From: Pristiophorus japonicus
Lineage: Eukaryota
Direction of reading: 5' to 3'
Assembly: GCF_044704955.1 (NCBI RefSeq)
Contig: NC_091989.1
Location: 134,416,001-134,480,000, forward strand
DNA: 64,000 bases
Translations under genes and position numbers: made by a program
The notes under the pieces: model-generated
What the model saw: only the letters and a program-made list of their open reading frames with translations
Told to the model about the DNA's origin: nothing
Databases searched by the model: none
Shown here: positions 51,228 through 62,699 of the stretch, in pieces
Layout of the letters: every line of letters starts with the position of its first letter
Numbering within the stretch: position 1 is the stretch's first letter

Positions 51228-53172
51228 GGCGTCTACTCCAAATGGATCGAGTGTGACATTTTAAATTCAAGCACATCCTCTGTCACGGTAGAAAGTCTAC
51301 GGGCAATGTTCGCCACCCATGGTCTACCGGGCATCTTGGTCAGCGAGCACTGAATTCCAGGACTTCATGGCAGGCAATGGAATTAACCATGTTAGAATGG
51401 CACCATTCAAGCCGGCCTCAAACGGCCAGGCAGAACGAGCAGTGCAGATAATCAAACATGGGATGCTCAGAATCCAAGGGGGTTCCCTACAAAGCCGCTT
51501 ATCACGCTTCCTGTTGGCCTACAGATCCCGACTACACTCGCTCACAGGGGTTCCACCCGCAGAGCTGCTAATGAAAAGGACGCTCAAAACCCGGTTATCC
51601 CTTATACACCCCACCATGAAAGAAATTGTCGAGAGCAGGCGCCAGTCACAAAATGACTACAATGACAGGAATGCGAGGGCGCGATGTATTTATGTCAATG
51701 ACCCTGTTTTTGTCCTCAACTACGCTGCAGGGCCCAAATGGCTCACAAGCACTGTGATTGCCAAAGAGGGAAATAGGATTCTGGTAGTTAAACTTACCAA
51801 TGGACAAATCTGCTGCAAACATTGGGTCAAACAAAAAGGAGGTTCAGCAACCCCATAGAAGAAGCAGAGGAAGAACACAATGTAGAGTTCACTCCTCCAT
51901 AGGTGACCGAACACAGGGACCAAAGGGAAGAGAGCCCAGTCACTGTGGGCAATCCGGATAGGCCTGAGGCACTGCAAACAGCAGACACTCAGGCCAACGC
52001 CCAACAACCGGAGCCCCAACTCAGGCGCTCTACAAGAGAGCGTAAACCACCAGAGAGACTCAACCTGTGATCTCAATAAGACTTTGGGGGGGGGGGGGGG
52101 GGGGGCGGGGGGAGTGATGTCATGTATTCAACCAGCAATGTAACCCATGTATAATCTGACTCATGTTGTACACTGTGAGAACAATGACCACTAGGTGGTG
52201 AACTTGTGGGAGACACTCCTAACCTGGACCTTCAGATATAAAAGAGGAAGCTCCACCCACTTCCTGCACTTGAGTGCTAAGGAATAAAGGACAGGTCACA
52301 GACTGACCTTCTCTCAAGCATGGGCCTCGTGTACAATAATACTATATAGTAAGGACGTATCATATCTGACTGCTGAGTCATTAAGGGAAATGGAAAGACG
52401 AAGGAGTGGGCATCCTTACCTCACAAGATATGAACTCTTAATCTTTTATTTCAAGGAAATGGTTGTAACATGAAAGACATCCGATGGTATAAAGCACAAC
52501 TCTGATTGCGCAGTTTTGTTTTATAAGGAGACCCAAACGTCATGGATGAACTGAGATTTGCATCATCCAAGTACATCACTGCATCTGGAAGGTCTACGGA
52601 CAGACAAACCTGCTTCATCCAGAAGCCCCTTTGCTTATCAGTATCTAAAGAGGGCATATTAACACCTGGAAAAATGATGCTAATGTTATTATTTTTAAAT
52701 ATTGTGCTGATTCAGTATCTTACTTAACATTTAACTTGTAAATAAATCAGACCGATACACATCAATCTGTTGGTTTGGTATTTTACTCTTTTCAGAAGAG
52801 ATGGGAGAATATGTTAGGTATTCCATGTGATCTCTGCTAAACAATATTCTGCAACTTGGGTGTTAAACCTAGGTGCACTAACCAATACGCAGCATGTATA
52901 AAGATGTGGGTTTTAGTTCAAAGGAAATTCAGTCTACTTATAGAAATCACCTTTTTGTTGTGAACACAAGACAAAAGTGTTGTAAATAAAAAGGGCCAAA
53001 GTATAAGACCCGCCCTAGCCTGGTGATACTGAGGCAAATTGTCCATCTTCACTGCCAGCCTTGGTATTGGGTATGTACAATAATAGCATGCACCTTTAAA
53101 ATACATGATACATTAGAGCAGAGGTTTTACATAGAGATGAAATTACTGTTTTATAAAGTATTAATTAATTAA

Positions 53173-53858
53173 GATGCAGCAGGTAATCAGGAAGGCGAAT
53201 GGAATGTTGGCCTTCATTGCGAGACTGATGGAGTACAAAAGCAGGGAGGTCCTGCTGCAACTGTGCAGGATATTGGTGAGGCCACACCTGGAGTACTGCG
53301 TGCAGTTTTGGTCACCTTACTTAAGGAAGGATATACTAGCTTTGGAGGGGGTACAGAGACGATTCACTAGGCTGATACCAGAGATGAGGGGGTTACCTTA
53401 TGATGATAGATTGAGTAGACTGGGTCTTTACTCGTTGGAGTTCAGAAGGATGAGGGGTGATCTTATAGAAACATTTAAAATCATGAAAGGGATAGACAAG
53501 ATAGAGGCAGAGAGGTTGTTTCCACTGGTCGGGGAGACTAGAACTAGGGGGCACAGCCTCAAAATACGGGGGAGCCAATTTAAAACCGAGTTGAGAAGGA
53601 ATTTCTTCTCCCAGAGGGTTGTGAATCTGTGGAATTCTCTGCCCAAGGAAGCAGTTGAGGTTAGCTCATTGAATGTATTCAAATCACAGATAGATAGATT
53701 TTTAACCAATAAGGGAATTAAGGGTTATGGGGAGCGGGCGGGTAAGTGGAGCTGAGTCCACGGCCAGATCAGCCATGATCTTGTTGAATGGCGGAGCAGG
53801 CTCGAGGGGCTAGATGGCCTACTCCTGTTCCTAATTCTCATGTTCTTATGTTCTTATG
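53173..53858 (+). mobile_element. 5'-truncated young CR1 LINE (open ORF2 C-terminus 53174-53755 plus 3' UTR)
   Basis: LVRPHLEYCVQFWSP, LEFRRMRGDLIETFK, FFSQRVVNLWNSLP. Tail 'tgttcttatgttcttatg'. Confidence 0.95.
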
Positions 53859-54149
53859 ACCTTGAATACAACAGAAGATTGACATATCTCTATGGCCTCC
53901 ATGTGAATGAGACCATCTCTCTTCATGAAGATCCATCATGTTCTGCAATGAATGGCATATTTGACATAGGTTTGGAATAGTATATTAAAGTCCAATAGCA
54001 TGCCAGATAATATATACAGGGTGTTTTTTCAACATCCTAGTGATTAATAATATTGTGCATTCAATACATTGGATTGTGCTGTAATTCTGTAATGTTGAAA
54101 GGATTTTGTAGTTGACCATCTTTTCTTGCTGCACCCAACAAAAGCTCCC

Positions 54150-54950
54150 AAAACAACAACTTTCATTAATATCACATAGTTAAAGTAGTGAAACTTCCCA
54201 AGGTGTTTCACAAGGGGGTTGAGATGATTGTAAGTGTGGTCAAAGAAATAGGTTTTGAGGTTGCTTTTGAAGAGAGAGATATGGATAGATTTAGCAGGGC
54301 AGATAAAATTAAGAAAGGAATTTGGAATCCAGGGGCATAATAGCTTAAGACTGTTTGAGCGGGGTGGGGGTGGGGGAGGAAATATACACAGTTTGCAGAT
54401 TTGGAAGAGCTGAGGATGTGAGTAAGTTGTGACACAAGACTAAATCTGATGGAATAGTCAGGGTGAGGGAGGCATAAGGCCATGTAAAATTTGTAACGAG
54501 GACCGGAAATTTCAAATCAGCATGTTGGAAGATGGGAGCTAGTGGGGATTGTTGCAGATAGGGAATATCGGTGAGGGGTAGTTAGTATTGGATAGGATTG
54601 AGAAGTTGAACTTGGAGGTGACAAAGACATGGGTGAGAGTTTTAGCAGCAGTGGGGTGAAAGTAAATAGTCATGATGATGGATCAAATGTGTAATTTGAA
54701 GTTCAGTGCAAGGTCAGATAGGGCATCAAAGTGTCAAACTATCAGGTTCATCCTAAGAGAACACCCAGGAAGGGGAATGGAATGAGAGGCGAGGATGTGT
54801 ATTTTTTAACAGGAATTGGGCAGATGTTGAGCTGGAGAATGATCTGATTCATTCATAACTTAATGTTGCACAGACAGTCAGATAACACAATAACTGTCCC
54901 AAAGAAGCAACGCTTAGTGCCAACAGAGTCTACATGGAAGTTAGCCTGAT
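54150..54950 (-). mobile_element. Degenerate L2-like LINE fragment
   Basis: 'aacaacaactttcatt...cccaaggtgtttcaca...ggtcaaagaaataggttttgagg' is the reverse complement of the L2-type tail seen at 4005-4190. Confidence 0.55.
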
Positions 54951-55188
54951 CCTTATGATTTTATGTAACAGTTTCTGACCAGAGAGTGAACCATGAATTA
55001 TTTCAGAAGTGATCATATTGTTAGCAGCATCTGTTGAGTTGTAGGGAGGCATTATATTTAATATGCCTTATTTATCAATCCAGCCTTGGCCTGTTACATG
55101 AATTTGGGATGTGACTGATTGACCAATGTTTCTGTATTCACTATCAGGTCACTGAAAGGAGTCAGTGGCAACACAGTCAACAGCTATA

Positions 55189-55966
55189 GGGCTCAATTTT
55201 CCCGGATCATTTGCGTCATTTTTTCCAGCATTTTTATTTAATTCAAAGTTTCCGCCTGGAATCTGTGCCGGCATAACTGGTTTAGTTACAGTTTTTCTAG
55301 GTTAGGTTTTTTTGAGGGGCATTCCCTCATGACTGCGCCAGTTTTCGCAGTTTTCCCCCCAAATTTTTATACTAGGTCGGCGTATTTGGCAACTCCCGAA
55401 AAACCTTCTGATGAGTTGACAGAAAGCAGCGCACATTGAAAAATCGGTGCTGAAAGACACCATTGTTTATCATCAAAGTTTTTGGAAGGAGTCTCTAACA
55501 TTTGAAATATCCCTAATAAAGTTCAACTTTTTTTACCTTTCAACGGAGTACATGGAAGTTTCTTGGATTTGTGAAGTTTCCATTTTTTTTGTACTTACAC
55601 GCCACCACTGAACGTCTTCAAGTAGGGCTGGAGGAGGGTCGTAGCGTTGGCCGTCAGAATCGGCCCCGTGCCCAGACACAGGGGTTCGGGCTCGACTGGT
55701 AAGCAAGCCCGGTGGGAGGTGGTTCTTTAAAAATGGCCGATTGCCAACCTGGAGTGTCCATTGAAATAATGTCAAAAAGGTCACCTTTTTTGTCGCGCAG
55801 ACAGCAGGCTCCACCCCCCAAGGTGACTGGACATGCTGCGCAGCGCCAAATTCGAATTATACATCGGGGTAACTTTGGCAAAATATTTCTGCCACATTTA
55901 TGGCATAGAAAAATGGATGTAACTCTGGCAATATGCCAGAAAACAGGCTTGGGCAAAACTGAGCCC
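55189..55966. mobile_element. MITE derived from Harbinger family B (778 bp)
   Basis: TIRs 'gggctcaatttt' and 'aaaactgagccc'. TSD ATA. Left part matches 34131-~34606 and right part matches ~38454-38736. Confidence 0.93.
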
Positions 55967-56737
55967 ATAGTCACTACAACTACTACTCACAATGCTGTGG
56001 AAATAGAAAAACAGGGTAGCTTTCATGTTGGATGCATCCTGCTAATGGGAGTAATTGGTGCATGATCAACTGGAATTATAGGCGAGATCACTTATCCTGG
56101 ATCTCTGCCCACAATGCTCTTGAGGCCCCTCCAATTGTAGGAAGCTCCGACCATAAATAGATGGGAGTTTTACTTCAAAATGTTAATGTAGCAGAAGTGA
56201 CCTCTTTAAGTAGTTGAAACTATTATTCAGCCTATATACCAGAAGTACTCTAATATTTAACTTTGCTTGCATAATTTTGTTCTTTTCTCTAGGCCAATTT
56301 TGTGGATGAAGTGGGTTTGTGGCGTAGGTTTTGGTTACAAAAGTTTTCGCTACCAAGCTACTTATTTGGATAATGGGCCTTCTGTAGCAATCCCTCTTTA
56401 TTAAGTACAATTTCAATTTCAACCTCCCGAATGAATGCATTTGGCTTTCTATTCACCACAATACAACCGTAGCTGTCGATTTGCTCAACCACTCCCTCAC
56501 CTCCACCTCTGATGCAAACTCTGACCTATTGATAATGCATATTGCCTACAGGCTCAGCATTATAATTTTAGAAGTGTTTTTGTACAACCTTCTGCAATCC
56601 ATTTGCTTTAGTTGTTCACTCATTTCATTTAATTTAGCCCATTTAATGTTATATACCTCTTTCCTGCTCGGAAGTGTTTCTGACTGCTAGATCACTTTCT
56701 GGTCACTGTTCCCTGGGGGATGCTATGATTTATAATG

Positions 56738-57167
56738 GGGCTGAATTCCCGGCCACTACATGTGCGTACGAGGTGCACTTGCGCAGGGTAGGGGCCCCTC
56801 AAATTCTGGGTTTAGGTATGCATCAAAAAATTAAATTTTTGTTTTAAATAGTTAATTAAATTCCATTAATTTTAAATATGTGATGTTTTTAAAAATGTAT
56901 TTTAAGTGTTTGTGTATTTTTGGGGGTATTCCCATTCATACTTATACTGATTCCGTATATGCGGAACTCACCACAAGTATGAATGGGGATACCCCTACTT
57001 TGATTAGTTGGGCCGGCCCATGTGATCCCAGGGACACTTGGGATAAGTGGGCTTCTAAGCAAACCTCCGCGCAGAGGCCCAGGACCGCAAGTCTCCGAAC
57101 CTTACCACCAGGTAAGTTCGTAGCTTTGTTTCAGTTCGGTGACATCTTGGACTGCAATTTCTGCGCC
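56738..57167. mobile_element. Harbinger-type MITE 1 of a tandem pair
   Basis: Ends 'gggctgaattcccggcc' and 'gactgcaatttctgcgcc'. ATG on both sides. Internal hairpin at 56923-56995. Confidence 0.65.
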
Positions 57168-57170
57168 ATG

Positions 57171-57910
57171 TGGTTGGAAATCCCGGCCTCCTCAGGTCCG
57201 TACTGAGTGTGTATGGACCTGGGAAGACATCGGAAAAGACAGTTTTCAGCGCACAATGCGCATGCGCTGAAAACCGGCGTTTTCAATCTGTCAAGCTGGA
57301 GCGAAGTCATTTACAAGGGCAAGATTGCAGGATTTACCCATATCTTGCCCAGCAAATGTCCTCAAAACTCTTGCGCCTGATAAAAGCAGGCATATAGTTT
57401 ACTTTTACAGTCTTAAGAGTTTGAAAACATACAAAAATATAATTAAATTAAATTAAAACAACACGTATTATTTTTTAAAACCCTGCCCACTACGTTATTT
57501 ATTTTTAACTATAATTTTAAAAACTTTGTAAAAACTTGGAATTTTTTTCTCTCTAAGATATTTATTAACTTTAATTTTAATTATGTGAGGTGTGTGTTTT
57601 ATGTTTTATTATATGTGTTTAGTGTTTGTTTTATTTTCTCATTAATAGCAATGAGAACTCGTAGATATGGAGTTCTCATTGCTATTAATGAGAAAGCTGT
57701 GGAAAACTGTACCTGATTGCCTGAGCAGTTACACGTGACTGCACCTTCTGCACAGGAACCAGGAGGACGGGAGCGCGCTTCGCAGCGCGGGAAGAGAAGT
57801 CCTCCCCAACGGAATCCTACACTCCTCCCAGACCACCAGGTAAATTCGAAGAAATGTTTCAGGTCGGAGGCAATTGCCCGTGGGAAGCCTTCGGCTGCAA
57901 TTTCAGCCGC
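57171..57910. mobile_element. Harbinger-type MITE 2 of a tandem pair
   Basis: Ends 'tggttggaaatcccggcc' and 'ggctgcaatttcagccgc'. Internal perfect hairpin at 57635-57695. Confidence 0.65.
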
Positions 57911-58594
57911 ATTGTGTTTATATTTTCGGGCCATTTATACTATCATTATCATAGATTAACCTCTTATTTTTGTTCCCAATGTCTGTATATTCCCAGTCTT
58001 TGATTCATAGCAACTTAGGAACAGGAATAGGCCATTCAGCCCTTCATCTACAAACTTGGATGGATAACTCTATTCCTTCATCAAAGTAATTAATATATAT
58101 GGTGAAAAGCTGAGGTACACTCCACTAATCAGAGAATAAACTCTTTATCCCTCTACTCTGTCTCCTACCTTCATGTGTCCCTCTCTGGGTATATTTATCC
58201 ATACTCAATTAGTAACTGCCTTTTACGCAACAATTGTCTATGATCATGTTCCTCTCTGACCTCCCAGGCCCTCCACCCCATCCTATTTCGTATAAATGAT
58301 TTTCTATTGCTACCTCAATGTTGCAATCTCACATTTGGCAGTAATTTTTTTTCATCGGAAAACAAAAGAGAATGCTGTGGAAGCAGGTTATCTCAATGCC
58401 CATAGCTACTTTGAAGGTTCCATTTATTTAAATGGAAGGTTTTCATTATTGCAATGGTGCTGGAATGTTATGAAATTAAAATACTTATATAAAATCTAGA
58501 ACCAGGCAAGCTAATGCAGAAGTAAGAGAAATACAGTACAGGGGACAGAAAAGAGGGAAAGGACCACAATAAGCAAAACATATCAAATCTATTC

Positions 58595-59722
58595 ATAGAA
58601 CATAAGATAAGAAATAGGAGCAGGAGTAGGCCACCTGGCCGCTCGAGCCTGCTCCACCATTCAATAAGATCATGGCTGATCTGATCATGGACTCTGCTCC
58701 ACTTCCCTGCACACTCCCCATAACCCTTTACTCCCTTATCACTCAAAAATGTGTCTATCTCCACCAAATATATTTAATGTCCCAGCCTCCACAGCTCTCT
58801 GGGGCAGAGAATTCCATAGAGTTACAAACCTCTGAGAGAAGAAATTTCTCCTCATCTCGGTTTTAAATGGATGGCCTCTTAGTCGAAGACTATGTCCCCT
58901 AGTTTTAGTTTCCCCTATGAGTGGAAATATCCTCTCTGCATCCACCTTGTCGAGCCCCCTCATAATCTTATAAGTTTCAATAAGTTCAACTCTCATTCTT
59001 CTGAACTCCAATGAGTATAGGCCCAACATACTCAACCTATCTTCCCTTCATCTCCAGAATCAATCTAGTGAACCTTCTCTGAACAGCCTCCAATGCAAGT
59101 ATATCCTTCCTTAAATACAGAGACCAAAACTTTATGCAGTACTCCAGTTGTGGCCTCACCAATACCCTGTACAACTGTAGAAGGACTTCTCTGCTTTTAT
59201 ACTCGATCCCCTTGCAGTAAAGGCCAACATTCCATTTGCCTCCCTGATTACTTACTGTACGTGCACACTAACTTTTTGTGTTTCATGCACAAGGTCCCCC
59301 AGATCCCCCTGTATGGCAGCACTTTGCAATTTTTCTCCATTTAAATTATAATTTTGCTTTTCTATCATTTCTGCCAAAGTCGATAACCTCACATTTTCCC
59401 ACATTATACTCCATCTGCCAAATTTTTGCCCACTCACTTAGCCTGTCTATCTCCCTTTGCAAATTTTTTGTGTCCTCCTCACAAGTTGCTTTCCCACCCA
59501 TCTTTGTGTCATCAGCAAACTTGGCTACATTACACTCGGTCCCTTCATCCAAGTCATTAATATAGATTGTAAATAGTTGAGGATCCAGCACTGACCCTGC
59601 GGCACCCCACTAGTCGCTGTTTGCCAACTGAAAAATGACTCATTTATCCTGACTCTCTGTTTTCTGTTAGTTAACCAATCCTCTATCCATGCTAATATAT
59701 TACCCCCAACCCCGTGAGCTTT
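58595..59722 (-). mobile_element. 5'-truncated CR1 LINE
   Basis: [24 protein letters not shown]. Tail reads 'catagaacataagataagaaataggagcagg' on the plus strand. Confidence 0.93.
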
Positions 59723-61020
59723 TAGAAACATAGAAACATAGAAAATAGGAGCCGTAGTAGACCATTCGGCCCTTCGAGTCTGCACCGCCATTCAGTATGA
59801 TCATGGCTGATCCTCTATCTCAACACCATATTCCCGCTTTTTCCCCATACCCCTTAATGTCTTTTGTTTCTAGAAATCTATCTATCTCCCTCTTAAATAT
59901 ATTCACTGACTTGGCCTCCACAGCCTTCCGTGGTAGAGGATTCCACAGGTTCACCATCCTCTGAGTGAAAACCTTTCTCCTCATCTCGGTCCTAAATTTC
60001 CTAGCCTGTATCCTGAGAATGTGACCCATTGTTCTAGACTTCCCAGCCAGGGGAAATATCCTCCCCACATCCAGTCTATCCAACCCAGTCAGAATTTTAT
60101 ATGTTTCAATGAGATCCCCTCTCATTCTTCTAAACTCCAGTGAATATAGGCCTAGTCGACACAATCTCTCCTTATACGACAGTCCTGTCATCCCAGGAAT
60201 CAGTCTGGTGAACCTTTGCTGCACTCCCTCTATGGCAAGTATATCCTTTCTTAGGTAAGGAGACCAAAACTGCACACAATACTCCAGGTGAGGTCTCACC
60301 AAGGCCTTATATAACTGTAGTAAGACATCCTTGCTCCTGTACTCAAATCCTCTTGCAATGAAGACCAACATACCATTTGTCTTCCTAACTGCTTGCTGCA
60401 CCTGCACGTTTGCTTTCAATGATCGGCATACAAGGACACCCAGTCCCTCTGTACATCGACACGTCCCAAGCCATCACCATTTAAATAATACTTTGTCCTT
60501 ATGTTTTTCCTACCAAAGTGGATAACTTCACATTTACCCATGTTCTACTGCATCTGCCATGTGTTTGCCCACTCACTCAACCGATCTAAATCGCCTTGCA
60601 GTGTTTTTGCATCATCCTCACAACTCACAATCCCATCTAATTTTGTGTCGTCAGCAAACTTGGAAATATTATATTTGGTTCCCTCATCCAAATCATTTAT
60701 ATATGTTGTGAATAACTGGGGCCCAAGCACTGATCACTGTGGTACCCCAATAGTCACTGCCTGCCACCCCGAAAAAGACCTGTTTATTCCTACTCTCTGT
60801 TTCCTGTCAGTTAACCAATTTTCAATGCATGCCAATACATTAACTCCAATCCTATGTGCTTTAATTTTGCACACTAACCTCTTATGTGGGACTTTATCAA
60901 AGGCCTTCTGAAAATCCAAATACACCACATCCACTGGTTCTCCCTTCTCTATTCTATCAGTTACATCTTCAAAAAACTCCAGTAGGTTTGTCAAACATGA
61001 TTTCCGTTTCTTAAATCCAT
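59723..61020 (-). mobile_element. Second 5'-truncated CR1 LINE (different subfamily), head-to-tail with the previous one
   Basis: [47 protein letters not shown]. Tail 'tagaaacatagaaacatagaaa'. Confidence 0.93.
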
Positions 61021-61084
61021 TTATTCCTGAGCTAGCACAGCTTGTTGTTTTTAAACCAGGTTTATATTTTTATTTAACGGAAAG

Positions 61085-61640
61085 TAGACGCTTGGCGTCC
61101 GGGCTGGTCGGAGAAACTGGCAGGCCTGCCATTGGCTCCGTGTTTTGACAGCTCTGGGGCCGAGCCGCGGATCGATGTCTCTGCGCTGGGTCGCTCCGGC
61201 CGATCGACGTGCCTGAGCTCGTTGGCTCCCCCTGCCGGAGCGGGAGCGCGGATTCCATGATGCGCGTGGCCGCGCGCCGGCTCGGTTGTGCGGACGCGCG
61301 CGCGCCGACTCCATTGTGCGGGTCAGAGGCGCGGAAAATGGGCCGGAAACACAAAAAACACAAGTCGGACAAGCACGCACCCGAAGGTAAGAGGCGCCGC
61401 ACCGAGGTCCGAGCAGCTCCCGCACTGACTGCGGGCCGGAGGAGAGGGGCAAAGGAGAGAATAAGATGGAGACTGAATTCCCTCCAGCACCGGCTTCTGA
61501 GCCTCTCGCCTCAGTTAAGTGGCGGCACGGCGGCCGCAAACCATTCCCGCAGCGCGTTAGCGGCTGTACGCCTTGGCCCAGGCGGCATTGAGTCATTTGA
61601 AAGGGTTACTGCGGCTGCGGGCAGTTGTCCTGGTCGCTTA
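61085..61640 (+). promoter_or_regulatory. CpG island / promoter of BRD7
   Basis: Dense CpG, no TIRs, inverted CCAAT (ATTGG 61131-61135), and it surrounds the first coding exon. Confidence 0.8.
61338..61386 (+). CDS. BRD7: Bromodomain-containing protein 7, first coding exon (49 nt, phase-1 donor); the gene continues beyond the window
   Basis: MGRKHKKHKSDKHAPE versus human BRD7 MGKKHKKHKSDKHLYE (BRD9 has ...KHKAEW). Strong Kozak 'gaaaATGg'. Donor AG|GTAAG at 61387. Confidence 0.88.
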
Positions 61641-62699
61641 CTATGAGAGCAGCGATTTTATTTGGCTTTCTCTGGCAGCCCTGGGGTTGTTTTCCAGCAA
61701 TCGGTGGGATGCTGATTGGTGGAGACGCAGCAATGTTGCTGATGTGAGGTGGCAGCTTCCCCCAACTTGGGGAGCGGAGGAGAGGTCGATCAAAAGCAGG
61801 ATTTATGCTGCAAGGGGAGCAAAATCCCATATTTGGTTTCAAAAGGTGGCACTAATTTCCTCCCCCCCCCCCCCTCAAAAAAAAAGTAATTATCCTTCGC
61901 TATTGGGATAATTCTTCAGCTTGGGGAGAATTTTGGTATTTTTGGTCCGAATTTTACAACAGTATAAAATGACACAATATTCTGAGAATGCCGTGTAATG
62001 TCTGAAGTTTTCATGTTCGCTTTACACAATGGAGTCACTCCCAGTGCTGAGACACACTTGGCAGAAAGACAACTGCTTACACCAGTATAATTCAACTTAA
62101 TTTGTTTTTTAATTCAAGAATGTTAAGTAATAACACACAAAATAAACTAAAGTGGGGGAATTTGGGGAAGATATTAAACACCTACAAAATGGTTCTAGAA
62201 TGACTGCGTGTTTGCTCACCTAACATCTCCAAATCAAGTTACTGAGAAATGCACACTATTAATTTCCGTTCACTTAACCTGGAATGCACACTTTCTGTAG
62301 GAACATACTCCACTTGCTTAAAGCAGGAGTGTTTTGGCATGGGTGGGCATTAGGCAAGGTTTAGGGATCACCAAATGTGCGCAGGGATACTGCTGCATAA
62401 AACCAGCTAAAACTGCCCATCTGACAGCATAGAGCATTGGTAAGCTTTCTGTTGCTTCTCTGACTCTGTTCACCCTAACCATTATGGTATTGGCATGCAG
62501 GGTTATCTAGAACCAAGTGAATAATCCCTGGCTTGTTACAGGTCTTCACCTCCCATTAATGAGGCAGATTGACTGGACAATCAACCACTCCAACAAATAT
62601 TCAATTACTAAGAGTTGACTAAGTTCCAATCTTTGATCCTCTGGGCTCAACTTCATCTAATGTTATTGTGGGCCTCAAGCTTCACCCTTTATAAAGTTG

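Larger units (their letters stand above)
45203..52362 (+). mobile_element. Ty3/Gypsy (Mag-like) LTR retrotransposon F (outer, gag-deleted)
   Basis: LTRs 45203-45430 and 52118-52362. TSD TATCT at 45198-45202 and 52363-52367. PBS 'tggcgacaag' at 45432. Poly-G PPT. Confidence 0.95.

Noticed and set aside
52086-52112. Long G-run as a regulatory G-quadruplex
   Set aside because: Slippage expansion of the PPT; the sister copy at ~50979 has only 8 G. Similar poly-C runs at ~2162 and ~29447 look neutral.
61338-61386. BRD9 instead of BRD7
   Set aside because: SDKH after KHKKHK matches BRD7, whereas BRD9 has AEW.
61051-61646. ORFs 61051-61596 (-) and full-length 61209-61646 (+) as proteins
   Set aside because: Stop-poor GC-rich frames. 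Only the 16 codons before the GTAAG donor resemble a known protein.
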